Shown here: positions 18,666 through 28,900 of the stretch, piece by piece
Layout of the letters: each line of letters starts with the position of its first letter
How positions within the stretch are numbered: position 1 is the first letter of the stretch
Source of the DNA: an uncultured Lysobacter sp.
GTDB taxonomy: Bacteria > Pseudomonadota > Gammaproteobacteria > Burkholderiales > Usitatibacteraceae
Length of the DNA: 45,588 nt
Reading direction: 5' to 3'
Assembly: GCA_964579785.1 (NCBI GenBank)
Contig: CAZOIB010000261.1
Span: 1 to 45,588 of the forward strand
Made by a program: the position numbers and the translations under genes
The notes under the pieces: model-generated
Databases searched by the model: none
Told to the model about the DNA's origin: nothing
What the model saw: only the letters and a program-made list of their open reading frames with translations

Positions 18666-19574
18666 ATGGGCGAGAAGACATTTCCGGCATTCGCACTGAT
18701 CGGATTTGGCGAGGCGGGGCAGGCTTTTGCGGAGGGTCTGCGCGGTGAAGGCGTCACCGATGTCGCCGCCTGGGACATCCTTTTCCCCGATCCGGTGCGC
18801 GGCGCGCCCCTGCGGGATGCGGCCGGGCGCCTCGGCGTCCGGCTCGCCGCGAACTGCCACGATGCGCTGCGCGCAGCGGACATCGTCATCTGCGCCGTGA
18901 CGGCGTCCTCGAACCTCGCCGCCGCGGAATCGGCGCGCGATGGCCTCGCGGCCCGCCAGTTCTACCTCGACGTCAATTCCGTCTCGCCGCAGCGCAAGCG
19001 CGCCGCCGCGCAGATCGTGGGCGACCGCGCGCGTTTCGTGGACGTGGCCGTGATGGCGCCGGTCCTGCCGCTGCGCCACAAGACTCCCATGCTGCTGGCG
19101 GGGCCGGCTGCAGCGGAACTGTCGCCGCCGCTGCGCGGCTGCGGCATGAAGGTCGAGGTAGCGGGCGCGGAGGTCGGCGCAGCCATCGCCATCAAGATGG
19201 TGCGCAGCGTGATGATCAAGGGCCTGGAGGCCCTCACGCAGGAGTGCTTCCTCGCCGCCCGCGCCGGCGGTGTCGAGGATCGCATCATCGCTTCCCTGAC
19301 GCAGTCCTTCCCGACCCTCGACTGGGCGAGGATGGCCGACTACAACCTCGAACGCATGGCGAGCCACGGCATCCGGCGTGCCGCGGAAATGCGCGAGGTG
19401 GCGCAGACGCTCGAAGACATGGGTGTGGAGCCGCTCATGACGCGCGGAACCATCGAGCGCCAGCAGCGCACCGGAGACCTGAAGCTCAAGGATGCGCATG
19501 GCGGCAGGGTGCCGGAGGATCGCGGAGTGATCCTGCAGGCGCTGTTCCAGGCGGCCAGGGACGGACGCGCCTAG
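18666..19574 (+). CDS. NAD(P)-dependent oxidoreductase (6-phosphogluconate-dehydrogenase-like NAD-binding domain plus DUF1932-like C-terminus)
   Basis: Track ORF, 302 aa. Rossmann motif FALIGFGEAGQAF. C-terminal region KMVRSVMIKGLEAL.... Confidence 0.8.
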   Translation: MGEKTFPAFALIGFGEAGQAFAEGLRGEGVTDVAAWDILFPDPVRGAPLRDAAGRLGVRLAANCHDALRAADIVICAVTASSNLAAAESARDGLAARQFYLDVNSVSPQRKRAAAQIVGDRARFVDVAVMAPVLPLRHKTPMLLAGPAAAELSPPLRGCGMKVEVAGAEVGAAIAIKMVRSVMIKGLEALTQECFLAARAGGVEDRIIASLTQSFPTLDWARMADYNLERMASHGIRRAAEMREVAQTLEDMGVEPLMTRGTIERQQRTGDLKLKDAHGGRVPEDRGVILQALFQAARDGRA

Positions 19575-19603
19575 TTTCCGGCACCGTCTCCCGAGGGGAA
19601 AGC

Positions 19604-21064
19604 ATGACCGAAACGAAGCGTAGCAATGGCGGGACACCGCGAGCCGGTGCTCCTCACCTGAAGATGCTGATCGGCGGCGAGTGGCGCCCGGGCTCGCCCG
19701 GGGCTGGCGTCGTCGACCCCTACCGCGGCGGGATCGTGGCACACGCGCCCGAGTCCTCGCTCCAGGACCTGGACGACGCGCTCGCGGCGGCGACTGCAGC
19801 CAGGGCGAAGGCGGCGGCCATGCCCGGCTACCAGCGGGCGGCATTGCTGCGCAAGGTCGGCGCGCTCCTCGCCGAAAGGTCCGATGCGATCGCCGAAGTG
19901 ATGGCCCGCGAGACGGGCAAGGCCATCAAGGATGCGCGCGCCGAAGTCACGCGCTCGCAGGACACGATCCTGCTCTCGGCCGAAGAGGCGATCCGCATCG
20001 AGGGGGAACAGGTCCCGCTGGACGGCACCGCGATGGGAGCGGGCAAGTTCGCGTTCCTGCTGCGCTTCCCCGTCGGCGTCGTGGCGGGCATCACGCCCTT
20101 CAATGCGCCCTTCAATCTGGCCTGCCACAAGATCGCCCCGGCCATCGCGGCCGGCAACACGATCGTGCTCAAGGCGCCGCCGCAGTCGCCGTGGGTGGTG
20201 GCGAAGCTGGTGGAGCTCTTCGCCGACGCGGGAACGCCGCCGGGGTTCGTGAACCTGCTATACGGCAACACGGTGGGGCCGGCGCTGGTGCGCGACCCGC
20301 GCGTGGATTTCGTTTCCTTCACCGGCTCGAGCCGCGTGGGGGCGGAGATCAAGGCGGCGAGCGGGCTGCGCCGCGTGGCGCTGGAACTGGGCGGCAACGG
20401 CACGACGATCGTGCACGCGGACGCGGACGTGACCGAGGCGGCCACGCTGTGCGCGCGCAACTCCATGCGCCTCGCGGGCCAGAGCTGCATCTCGGTGCAG
20501 AACGTCATGGTCCACGAGAGCATTTACGAAGCCTTCCTCGAGCGCCTCGTGGCGGAGGTGAAGACGCTGCGCGTCGGCGACCCGCTCGACCCCGCCACCG
20601 ACGTCGGCACCCTGATCGACGAGGCGGCGGCGAAGCGCGTCGAGGCGTGGGTGGCCGAGGCGCTCGCGCAAGGCGCGCGGGCATTGACCGGCGCCGTGCG
20701 GAAGGGGACGCAATACCAGCCGACGGTGCTGGTGGACGTGAAGCGCACCATGCGCGTGGTCTGCGACGAGGTTTTCGGCCCGGTCGTGACCATCCAGCGC
20801 TATGCCGACCTGAAACCCCTCTTCGATTCGATCAGCGCCGACCAGTACGGCCTGCACTGCGGCCTCTTCACGAAGTCGCTGCAGGTCGCGTTCGACGCGA
20901 TCCGGTCGCTGCGCGTCGGCGGCCTCATCGTCAACGGCACCTCGACCTGGCGCACCGACCAGCTCGCCTACGGGGGCATCAAGTCGAGCGGCATCGGACG
21001 CGAAGGGCCGCGCTACGCGATCCGCGACATGACCGAGGAACGGCTGGTCCTGTTCAACCTGTAG
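19604..21064 (+). CDS. NAD(P)+-dependent aldehyde dehydrogenase
   Basis: End of track ORF 19244..21064. ATG 19604 follows GAGGGGAA. Motifs FTGSSRVG, ELGGNG and the catalytic Cys in GQSCISVQ. Confidence 0.92.
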   Translation: MTETKRSNGGTPRAGAPHLKMLIGGEWRPGSPGAGVVDPYRGGIVAHAPESSLQDLDDALAAATAARAKAAAMPGYQRAALLRKVGALLAERSDAIAEVMARETGKAIKDARAEVTRSQDTILLSAEEAIRIEGEQVPLDGTAMGAGKFAFLLRFPVGVVAGITPFNAPFNLACHKIAPAIAAGNTIVLKAPPQSPWVVAKLVELFADAGTPPGFVNLLYGNTVGPALVRDPRVDFVSFTGSSRVGAEIKAASGLRRVALELGGNGTTIVHADADVTEAATLCARNSMRLAGQSCISVQNVMVHESIYEAFLERLVAEVKTLRVGDPLDPATDVGTLIDEAAAKRVEAWVAEALAQGARALTGAVRKGTQYQPTVLVDVKRTMRVVCDEVFGPVVTIQRYADLKPLFDSISADQYGLHCGLFTKSLQVAFDAIRSLRVGGLIVNGTSTWRTDQLAYGGIKSSGIGREGPRYAIRDMTEERLVLFNL

Positions 21065-21076
21065 GCGCCACGACGC

Positions 21077-22090
21077 ATGATCATCGACTGCCACGGTCAC
21101 TACACGACGGCGCCCAAGGCGCTCGAGGGATGGCGCGCGACCCAGGTCAAGGCGCTCGACGGCTCCGCTGCCACGCCGATGCGCGCGGAGCTTGCCATCA
21201 GCGACGACGAGCTGCGCGAAAGCCTCGAGAAGGCGCAGCTGCGCCTGCAGCGCGAACGCGGCACCGACCTCACGCTCTTCTCGCCGCGGGCGATGGCGAT
21301 GTCCCACCACATCGGCACGCAGGAGACGAGCCTGGAGTGGTCGCGGCTGTGCAATGACCTCATTCATCGCGTGTGCACGCTCTATCCGCGCAACTTTGCA
21401 CCCGTGTGCCAGCTTCCCCAGTCGCCCGGCGTGCCTCCCGCAGGCTGCGTCGGAGAGCTGCAGCGCTGTGTGCAGGAACTGGGTTTCGTCGGCTGCAACC
21501 TGAACCCGGACCCGAGCGGGGGCCACTGGAAGGACCCGCCGCTCACCGACCGCTGGTGGTACCCGCTCTACGAGAAGCTGGTGGAGTTGGACGTCCCGGC
21601 GATGGTGCACGTGAGTGCGAGCTGCAATCCCTGCTTCCACGCCGTCGGTGCGCACTACATCAACGGGGACACGACGGCCTTCATGCAGTTCCTGGCCGCG
21701 GACCTCTTCAGGGACTTCCCGACGCTCAAGATCATCATCCCGCATGGTGGCGGCGCCGTTCCCTACCACTGGGGGCGCTACCGAGGCCTCGCGCAGGACA
21801 TGGGCCGCCCGCCGCTCGAGGACCACCTGCTGAAGAACGTGTACTTCGACACCTGCGTCTACCACCAGCCGGGCATCGACCTGCTGCTCGAGGTGATTCC
21901 GGCCGACAACATCCTCTTCGCTTCCGAGATGGTCGGCGCGGTGCGCGGCGTCGACCCGGAGACCGGCTTCCACTTCGACGACACCAGACGCTACATCGAC
22001 GCCGCGCCCGGGCTCACCGCCGCGGACCGCCACAAGATCTACGAAGGCAATGCCAGGCGGGTGTTCAGCCGCTTGAGAGTGCCCGCCTGA
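21077..22090 (+). CDS. Amidohydrolase-2 family protein, LigJ (4-oxalomesaconate hydratase)-like
   Basis: Track ORF, 337 aa. N-terminal metal-binding motif MIIDCHGHY. Landmarks PLYEKLVELDVPAMVH and IIPHGGGAVPY. The LigJ-like assignment is from memory of that family and needs a search. Confidence 0.75.
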   Translation: MIIDCHGHYTTAPKALEGWRATQVKALDGSAATPMRAELAISDDELRESLEKAQLRLQRERGTDLTLFSPRAMAMSHHIGTQETSLEWSRLCNDLIHRVCTLYPRNFAPVCQLPQSPGVPPAGCVGELQRCVQELGFVGCNLNPDPSGGHWKDPPLTDRWWYPLYEKLVELDVPAMVHVSASCNPCFHAVGAHYINGDTTAFMQFLAADLFRDFPTLKIIIPHGGGAVPYHWGRYRGLAQDMGRPPLEDHLLKNVYFDTCVYHQPGIDLLLEVIPADNILFASEMVGAVRGVDPETGFHFDDTRRYIDAAPGLTAADRHKIYEGNARRVFSRLRVPA

Positions 22091-22106
22091 ACGCTTCACG
22101 AACCCC

Positions 22107-23111
22107 ATGGAGGATCGCGACATGATTTCCCGACTCCGTTCGACCACCCGCACCGCGGCACTGCTCATGGCAGCGATCCTGGCCTGCGGCGCCGCGCCTG
22201 CGGCGCTGGCCCAGGCCTATCCCGCGAAGACCGTGAAGATCCTCGTCGGCTTCGCCCCCGGCGGCGCGATGGACATCGTGGCGCGCACGGTGGGCCAGAA
22301 GCTGGCGGCAGGCCTCGGGCAGACGGTCATCATCGAGAACAGGCCCGGGGCGGCCAGCAACATCGCCATCCGGCAGCTGATCGACAGCCCGCCGGACGGC
22401 TACACGGTGATGCTCGTCGCCAACGGCCTCACGGCGAACCCGCTCCTCTACACGCAGCAGCCGTTCGATCCCAACACGGACGTCGTGCCCGTCTCGCTCG
22501 TCGCGCGCCTGCCGGTGGTGATCGCGGCCCATGCGAAGTCGGAGCTCGCGACGCTGCAGAAAGTCGTCGAGGCGTCGAAGGCGCGCCCCGGCAGCGTCAA
22601 CTACGGGTCGCCCGGCAGCGGCTCCACGCCGCACCTCGCGGTGGAACTGTTCGCGCGCGGGGCCGGCATCCAGCTCACGCACATCCCCTACAAGGGCGGC
22701 AAGCCCGCGATCACCGACGTCCTCGGCGGGCAGCTGCCGCTGGTGGCCGTGAACGCGGTCGAGGTCCTTCCGCTGGTGAAGGACGGCAAGCTGCGCGTGC
22801 TGGCGGCGCTGAGCGCCCAGCGAGTTTCGACGCTTCCGGACGCGCCGACGATCGCCGAATCCGGCTATCCCGGTTTCGAGGCGTCCGTCTGGCACGCTTT
22901 CATCGCGCCCAAGGGCACGCCGCCCGCGGTGGTCGCGAAGCTGAATGCCGAGATTCACAAGGCGCTCGCCGACCCCGAGGTGAAGGAGCGGCTGGCCGCC
23001 CTCGGCGCCGAAGTGTCGCCGGGCACGCCGCAGGAGCTCGCCAACCTCGTCCGCACCGAGTACGAACGCTACGGCAAGCTCATCCGCGAGGCGAACATCA
23101 AGGCGAACTGA
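22107..23111 (+). CDS. Bug/TctC-family tripartite tricarboxylate transporter substrate-binding protein
   Basis: Track ORF, 334 aa (alternative start ATG 22122). Signal peptide ending in ALAQA. Landmarks YPAKTVKILVGFAPGG and HIPYKGG. Confidence 0.9.
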   Translation: MEDRDMISRLRSTTRTAALLMAAILACGAAPAALAQAYPAKTVKILVGFAPGGAMDIVARTVGQKLAAGLGQTVIIENRPGAASNIAIRQLIDSPPDGYTVMLVANGLTANPLLYTQQPFDPNTDVVPVSLVARLPVVIAAHAKSELATLQKVVEASKARPGSVNYGSPGSGSTPHLAVELFARGAGIQLTHIPYKGGKPAITDVLGGQLPLVAVNAVEVLPLVKDGKLRVLAALSAQRVSTLPDAPTIAESGYPGFEASVWHAFIAPKGTPPAVVAKLNAEIHKALADPEVKERLAALGAEVSPGTPQELANLVRTEYERYGKLIREANIKAN

Positions 23112-23296
23112 GGGACTGGGCCCGGCAGTGTCCCGGTTCGCCGACCGGGTCCCGGCTCTCGGGCTGTCACGGCTCACTGCATTTCGTCCCCCGGGGTGGT
23201 CATTCCGTCCGCGCGCGCTGGCGGCAGGCGGTCCCGCGCCGTAATCTGGCCACGTCACGGGCAAGATGCCCGGCGCCCACGAGGAACCACAACGCA

Positions 23297-24184
23297 ATGG
23301 ACCAGGACAAAACCACCGCCCAGACCCTGCGCGAGATCCGCGACGGCCTCGTCGTGCTCTGGTGGCGTTTCTTCGACTGGCTGGCCGTCGTGCCGTGGAA
23401 GACGCTCGCGATCGTCTGCGTGCTGGTGCTGGTGCTGGGAGGGATCCTCAAGTCCCCGGAGCCTGTCTTCTTCCTCATCGTCTCCTCCCTCATCATCAAG
23501 GCCGTGGCCGGCGGCAAGCACCGGGCCGAAGTCTCCGCCACCGAGGCCACGCAGCGCGCCGAGAAGGAGCAGCTCGAGCGCGCGGCGGCGGAAGCGCACC
23601 TGCAGGCGCTGCAGGCGCAGATCGAGCCGCATTTCCTCTTCAATACGCTGGCGAGCATCGACCAGCTGATCCTGACCGACCCGCCGCGCGCCTCCCGCAT
23701 GCAGCAGAGCCTGATCCGCTACCTGCGTTCGGCCATGCCGCAGATGCGGGCCGGCGTCCGGCCAACGCTGCGCCAGCAGGTCGAGCTCTCGCGCGCTTTC
23801 CTGGAAATCATGGCCGTGCGCATGGACGAGCGCCTGCAGACGGCCATCGACGTGCCCGAGGGCCTCAAGTCGGCGGTCTTCCCGGCGATGATGCTGCAGA
23901 CCCTGGTGGAAAACGCCATCCGCCACGGTCTCGAGCCGAAGGCCGAGGGCGGCCGGCTCGAGATCGGCGCCGAGATCGTCGACGGCCAGCTCGCCGTGCA
24001 CGTGCGCGACACCGGCATGGGATTCGCGCCGAATTCCCCGGGCGGCGTCGGCCTCGCCAACATCCGCGAGCGCCTCAAGGTCATGTACCCGGGCCGCGCC
24101 GAGCTGGTCATCAGCGTGCCGGCCGACGGCGGCACCTTGGCCACGATCAAGGTACCCTACGAGGTCGCTCCCACCCTGGCCTGA
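23297..24184 (+). CDS. Sensor histidine kinase, LytS/AlgZ type (His_kinase/HATPase_c), short membrane-anchored form
   Basis: Track ORF, 295 aa. Two hydrophobic segments, a coiled Q/A/E-rich linker, the H-box IEPHFLFNTL and the ATPase motifs LVENAIRHG and DTGMGF. Confidence 0.88.
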   Translation: MDQDKTTAQTLREIRDGLVVLWWRFFDWLAVVPWKTLAIVCVLVLVLGGILKSPEPVFFLIVSSLIIKAVAGGKHRAEVSATEATQRAEKEQLERAAAEAHLQALQAQIEPHFLFNTLASIDQLILTDPPRASRMQQSLIRYLRSAMPQMRAGVRPTLRQQVELSRAFLEIMAVRMDERLQTAIDVPEGLKSAVFPAMMLQTLVENAIRHGLEPKAEGGRLEIGAEIVDGQLAVHVRDTGMGFAPNSPGGVGLANIRERLKVMYPGRAELVISVPADGGTLATIKVPYEVAPTLA

Positions 24185-24201
24185 GGGCCCCTGCAATCCC
24201 G

Positions 24202-24975
24202 ATGCGCGAAGAACGCACGCCCACCGCGGTCGTCGCCGACGACGAGCGCCTCATGCGCGAGCAGATCGTCGCGCGTCTCGAGGATGCCTGGCCCGAGCTC
24301 GCCATCGTGGGCGAGGCCGCCAACGGCCGCGAGGCGGTCGCCCTGGTGCGCAGCCGCGAGCCCGACGTCGTCTTCCTCGACATCCGCATGCCCGAAATGG
24401 ATGGCATCGAGGCGGCGCAGGCGCTCTCGGGCCTGGCACACGTGGTCTTCGTCACCGCCTATGACGAGTACGCCATCCGGGCCTTCGACCAGGGCGCGGT
24501 CGACTACCTGCTCAAGCCCGCCGACCCGGAGCGCGTGGCGCGCACTTGCCAGCGCCTGCGCGAGCGGCTGCAGCAGAAGCCGGATCCGATGCGGGAACTG
24601 CTGGCGGAACTCTCGCAGAAGCTTTCGGGCGGCGCGCTCAAGCCCCGCGAATACCTGCGCTGGGTGCAGGCGAGCGTGGGAACGGCGCTGCGCATGATCC
24701 CGACCGGCGACATCCTCTTCTTCCGCGCCGAGGACAAGTACACGCGCGTGCAGACGGACGGCTTCGAGGCGCTCATCCGCAAGCCCATCAAGGAACTGGT
24801 GGAGGAACTGGACCCGGAGGAGTTCTGGCAGATCCATCGCGCCATCCTGGTCCGCGTCGACGCGGTGGAGCAGGTGAGCCGCGACTTCCGCGGCCACCAG
24901 GTGGTGCAGGTGCGCGGGCGCCCGGAAAAGCTGGAAGTGAGCCGCTCGTTCAGCCACCTCTTCAAGCAGATGTGA
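24202..24975 (+). CDS. LytR/AlgR-family response regulator (REC + LytTR DNA-binding domain)
   Basis: End of track ORF 23266..24975. ATG 24202 (MREERTPTAVV). REC motifs VFLDIRMPEMDG and VTAYDEYA. LytTR region ILFFRAEDKYTRV...IHRAILV. Confidence 0.9.
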   Translation: MREERTPTAVVADDERLMREQIVARLEDAWPELAIVGEAANGREAVALVRSREPDVVFLDIRMPEMDGIEAAQALSGLAHVVFVTAYDEYAIRAFDQGAVDYLLKPADPERVARTCQRLRERLQQKPDPMRELLAELSQKLSGGALKPREYLRWVQASVGTALRMIPTGDILFFRAEDKYTRVQTDGFEALIRKPIKELVEELDPEEFWQIHRAILVRVDAVEQVSRDFRGHQVVQVRGRPEKLEVSRSFSHLFKQM

Positions 24976-25808
24976 TGGCAGGAGAGCCCGACCACTCGCG
25001 GCACTACGTGCGTGGCGACCTGCTGGCCCGCCTCGAGGCGGCGCTGCGCGACGACGGTGCCGACCCGGAGCGGCCGACGCCCGAGGCGCTGGCCCCCTAC
25101 GACCATTTCCACGGCCGCGGCCTCGAGGCGACGCAGGACGCGGCAGCCATGATGCCGGCGGTGGCTACCGACATCATCCTGGACATCGGCAGCGGCATCG
25201 GCGGTCCGGCGCGCTACTTCGCGCAGCGCTTCGGCTGCCGCGTCACCGGCATCGACCTCACGCCGGAGTTCTGCGCGGTCGCCCGCCATCTCACGCGCCG
25301 CATCGGCATGGAGGACCGCGTGCGCTTCGAGGAAGGCAACGCGCTCGCCATGCCCTTCGCCGACGCGAGCTTCGACGGCGCCTGCTCGATGAACGTGGCG
25401 ATGAACATCGCCGACAAGCGCGCCTTCTATCGCGAGATCCGCCGCGTGCTGCGGCCGGGCGCCTGGCTCGTGCTCTCGGAACTGGCGCAAGGCCCGGGCG
25501 GCGCGCCGGACTATCCCACGCCGTGGGCGGAAACCGCCGCCAGCAGTTTCCTCGCCACGCCGGAAGAGACCCGGCTGGGCCTCGAGGAGGCCGGATTCGA
25601 GGTGCTGCGCCTGCGCGACAGCGCCGCCGAGGCGAAGGCGTTCGCCGCCCGTGCCCGCGCGGCGGTCGAGGGCGGCGGCAAGCCGCCCTACCGTGCCGTC
25701 TTCCTCATCCACGCGGACATCGCGGCGCGAGCCATCGCCAACACGGGTCGTGCGTTGGCCGAGGGCCGCCTGATCCCGGTGGAGATACTGGCGCGCAGGT
25801 CCCGTTAG
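24975..25808 (+). CDS. Class I SAM-dependent methyltransferase
   Basis: End of track ORF 24546..25808. ATG 24975 shares one base with the regulator's TGA stop (TGATG). Motif I ILDIGSGIGGPARYF. Further landmarks RVTGIDL and VLRPGAWLVLSE. Confidence 0.85.
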   Translation: MAGEPDHSRHYVRGDLLARLEAALRDDGADPERPTPEALAPYDHFHGRGLEATQDAAAMMPAVATDIILDIGSGIGGPARYFAQRFGCRVTGIDLTPEFCAVARHLTRRIGMEDRVRFEEGNALAMPFADASFDGACSMNVAMNIADKRAFYREIRRVLRPGAWLVLSELAQGPGGAPDYPTPWAETAASSFLATPEETRLGLEEAGFEVLRLRDSAAEAKAFAARARAAVEGGGKPPYRAVFLIHADIAARAIANTGRALAEGRLIPVEILARRSR

Positions 25809-25982
25809 GCCAGGCCACCGTTGCGTAGCGGCACCGCGGCGCATGTTGCCGCACTCCTTGTTGCGACAACCTCGCGAGACCTGTAGAAAGCTGCCTTGTA
25901 TTCCCTGCTGGCCTGCCGTCAGCCAGCGCAAGTCACCCACCGGACGGCTTCGAGCGCCGTGCGGCTTTCGTCGGAGAACAAC

Positions 25983-28900
25983 ATGAAAAGACACGATGCT
26001 GCATCCCTTGCCTGCCTGCTAATCGGCGCAGCCGCTCTCGGCGGATGCGCTGTCACCGATGCCAGGATGGGCCGCACCGAAAGAACCGGCGACGCGACCG
26101 CCGCAGCCGGGGAGGTTGGCCAGGGCGGTGCGATCGCCCCCGGCATGCTTCCGGCGCAGTGGGTTTCGGTCCCGCGTTCCTACCTGAAGCCGCGGCAGGA
26201 CTGGTTCCTCCTGCAGCGAACCTATCCCGTGGGCGCGATCCCGGTGGACGCGCTCGTGAAGGCCATGCGGCAGCGCGACCTCGTTCCCGAGGACAAGTCG
26301 AGGAGCCACACGAGCGCCTCGATCTACCACAAGATCACCGAGTCGTCGCCGTTCTCGAGCGTCGGCCCGGCCGGCTTCACCTCGAACGTGGCGCCGGCCT
26401 GGGGCGCGATGAGCGGTCGCGTGCGCGACATCGCCATCGATCCGACCAACGCCTCGCGCATCTTCATCGCTGCCGCGACCGGAGGCACCTGGCGGTCGAC
26501 CGACGGCGGCGCCACCTGGACGGCGCTCACCGACACGCAGGACACCCTGTCCACGTCGGCGGTGGCCATCGACCCGCAGAACCCCAACACCATCTATGCG
26601 GGCACCGGCGAAGGTCCGTCCGGCGCCTACTACGGCGTGGGGCTGCTCAAGTCGACGGATGGCGGGAACACGTGGACGGTGAATGCGCGGTCCACCTTCG
26701 CCCGACACGCCATCGCGAGGGTCCTGGTGAGCCCGACGGACTCGAACGTCGTGCTCGTCTGCTCCACATCGTCGTCCCACACGCCGGGCGGAGGCATTGC
26801 GGCCAGCAGCGGGTCGGTCGGGGTCTTCCGCTCGACCGACGGCGGCGTGACGTTCACGCAGACGGCGGCGGGCCAGACCTGCCAGAGCCTCGTCGCCGAT
26901 CCCGGCAACTTCGCGAACCTTTATGCCTCGCTCGCGGGCTCCGGAAGCGCCAGGGATGGCCTCTACAAGTCGACCAACGGCGGCGTCACCTTCACGCAAC
27001 TCGCCGGCGGTGCGCCGACCGGAGTGAGCCGGATCGCGCTGGGAATCTCCGCGGACGGCATGACGATCTATGGAGGCGGCAAGGAAGGCGACACGACCAG
27101 GATCTGGAAGTCGACGGACGCGGGCGCCACCTGGGCCGCGCTGGCCGGGGCGCCGGACTACTGCGAGAAGCAGTGCGACTACGACAACGCGATCGCCGTC
27201 GCGCCGCACAATGCCAACGTTGCCTTCTTCGGCGGCGTTCCCCTGTACCGGACGCTCGACGGCGGCGCCACCTTCGTCCAGCTCGGCGACAACAACGACT
27301 CGACGACGCGGCCGCTGCACGTCGACCACCACGCCTTCGCGTTCGCCCCGGGCAGCTCGACCACCCTCTACAACGGCAACGACGGTGGCCTCTACGTGAC
27401 CACCGACGCGCAGGGCACGTTGCCGGCGTGGACCTCGCTGGGCGGAACGCTCGCCACGCTGCAGCCCTACAACGTCGCCCTGCATCCGACCAACGCGAGC
27501 ATCATGCTCGCGGGCTTCCAGGACAACGGCACCGAGCTGCGCACCGGCTCGAACCTCTGGTCCGAGCGTTGCGGCGGCGACGGCGGCATCGCCATGATCG
27601 ACCACAAGACGCCGACGACGATGTATTGCTCCTTCGGCGCCGGCAACATCGGCATCTCCAAGTCCATCGACGGCGGCGTCACCTTTGCGGCCGACGCCTC
27701 GGTGCCGAGCAAGGCCGCCGGCGACCGGGCCGCCTTCATCCCGGCGCTCGCCATGGACCCGGTGACGTCGACGACCCTCTACGCCGGCACGCAGCGGCTG
27801 TGGCGGACGACCGATGGCGGCGCGAGCTGGGCCGTGCAGAGCGCGAGCCCCGACCTTACCGGCGGCGGCGAGGCGACCGTCACCATGATCGCGATCGCGC
27901 CTTCCGCGCCGGCCACCATCATGGTGGTGACCTCGGACGGCCTCGTGCAGAGGAGCACCGACGCGGGCGTCACGTTCGTCAACGTGACCAAGGCGCCGCT
28001 GCCCGGCCGCTTCGCGACCTCGGCGGCGATCCATCCCACCAACCCGCTGGTCGCCTACGTCGGCTTTTCCGGCTTCGACGACGGCACGCCCGGCACGCCG
28101 GGCCACCTCTTCAAGACCACCGACGGGGGTGCCACGTGGAGCAATGTCACCGGCAACCTCCCCGACACGCCGGTCAACGCGATCGCCATCCGCCCCGACG
28201 CGCCGGAAGAGGTCTACGCCGGCACGGACGTCGGAACCTTCCTCACGCTGAACGGCGCCGCCCCCTGGGCGAAGCTCACGGTCGGGCTGCCCAACGCCGG
28301 CGTGATCGACATCAAGGCCAACGCGACCACCAACCTGCTGGCCATCGCCACCTACGGCCGCAGCGTCTTCACGGCGACGCTCAAGACCGCGAGCCCATCC
28401 TTCGAAGCCAACGTGCAGACGGTGGTGACGGGCTTCTACCGCACCATCCTCGGGCGCGAGCCGGATGCGGGCGGCCTCGCGTTCTGGACGGCCGAGGCGA
28501 CGCGCGTGGTCGGCCTGGGCGCCGACGTGAAGGAAGTCTTCTACGCGATGGCGATGCAGTTCTTCTCGAGCGCCGAATACGTCGCCAAGAACGCGAGCGA
28601 CGCGCAGTACATCACCGACATGTACAAGACGTTCTTCGTGCGCGACCCGAGCGCGAGCGAACTCGGCTACTGGCAGGGTGAGCTCACCGCCGTGCAGTCG
28701 CGCAGCGCGCTTCTCAACAGCTTCCTTTTCGCGCAGGAGTTTTCCAACGCCATGACCGCGCTCTTCGGCACGACCAGCGTGCGTCCGGAAGTGAACATGA
28801 CCATGGACCTCTACCGGGGTACCTATGGCCGATTGCCCGACTCCGCCGGCTTCAACGGCTGGCTGGGAGTCATCCGCCAGGCGCAGTGCCAGGGGGCGAC

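Noticed and set aside
16924-19844. Long N-terminal extensions of the minus ORFs 15601..18696 and 16926..19844
   Set aside because: The real proteins start at internal ATGs (16923 and 18530), where family-typical N-termini begin. The upstream parts overlap other well-supported genes and are Arg/Pro/Gly-rich.
23112-23296. Hairpins (CCCGGT...ACCGGG) after the TctC gene as a terminator
   Set aside because: The stem is short (6 bp) and GC-rich, with no T tract. This is not convincing as an intrinsic terminator.
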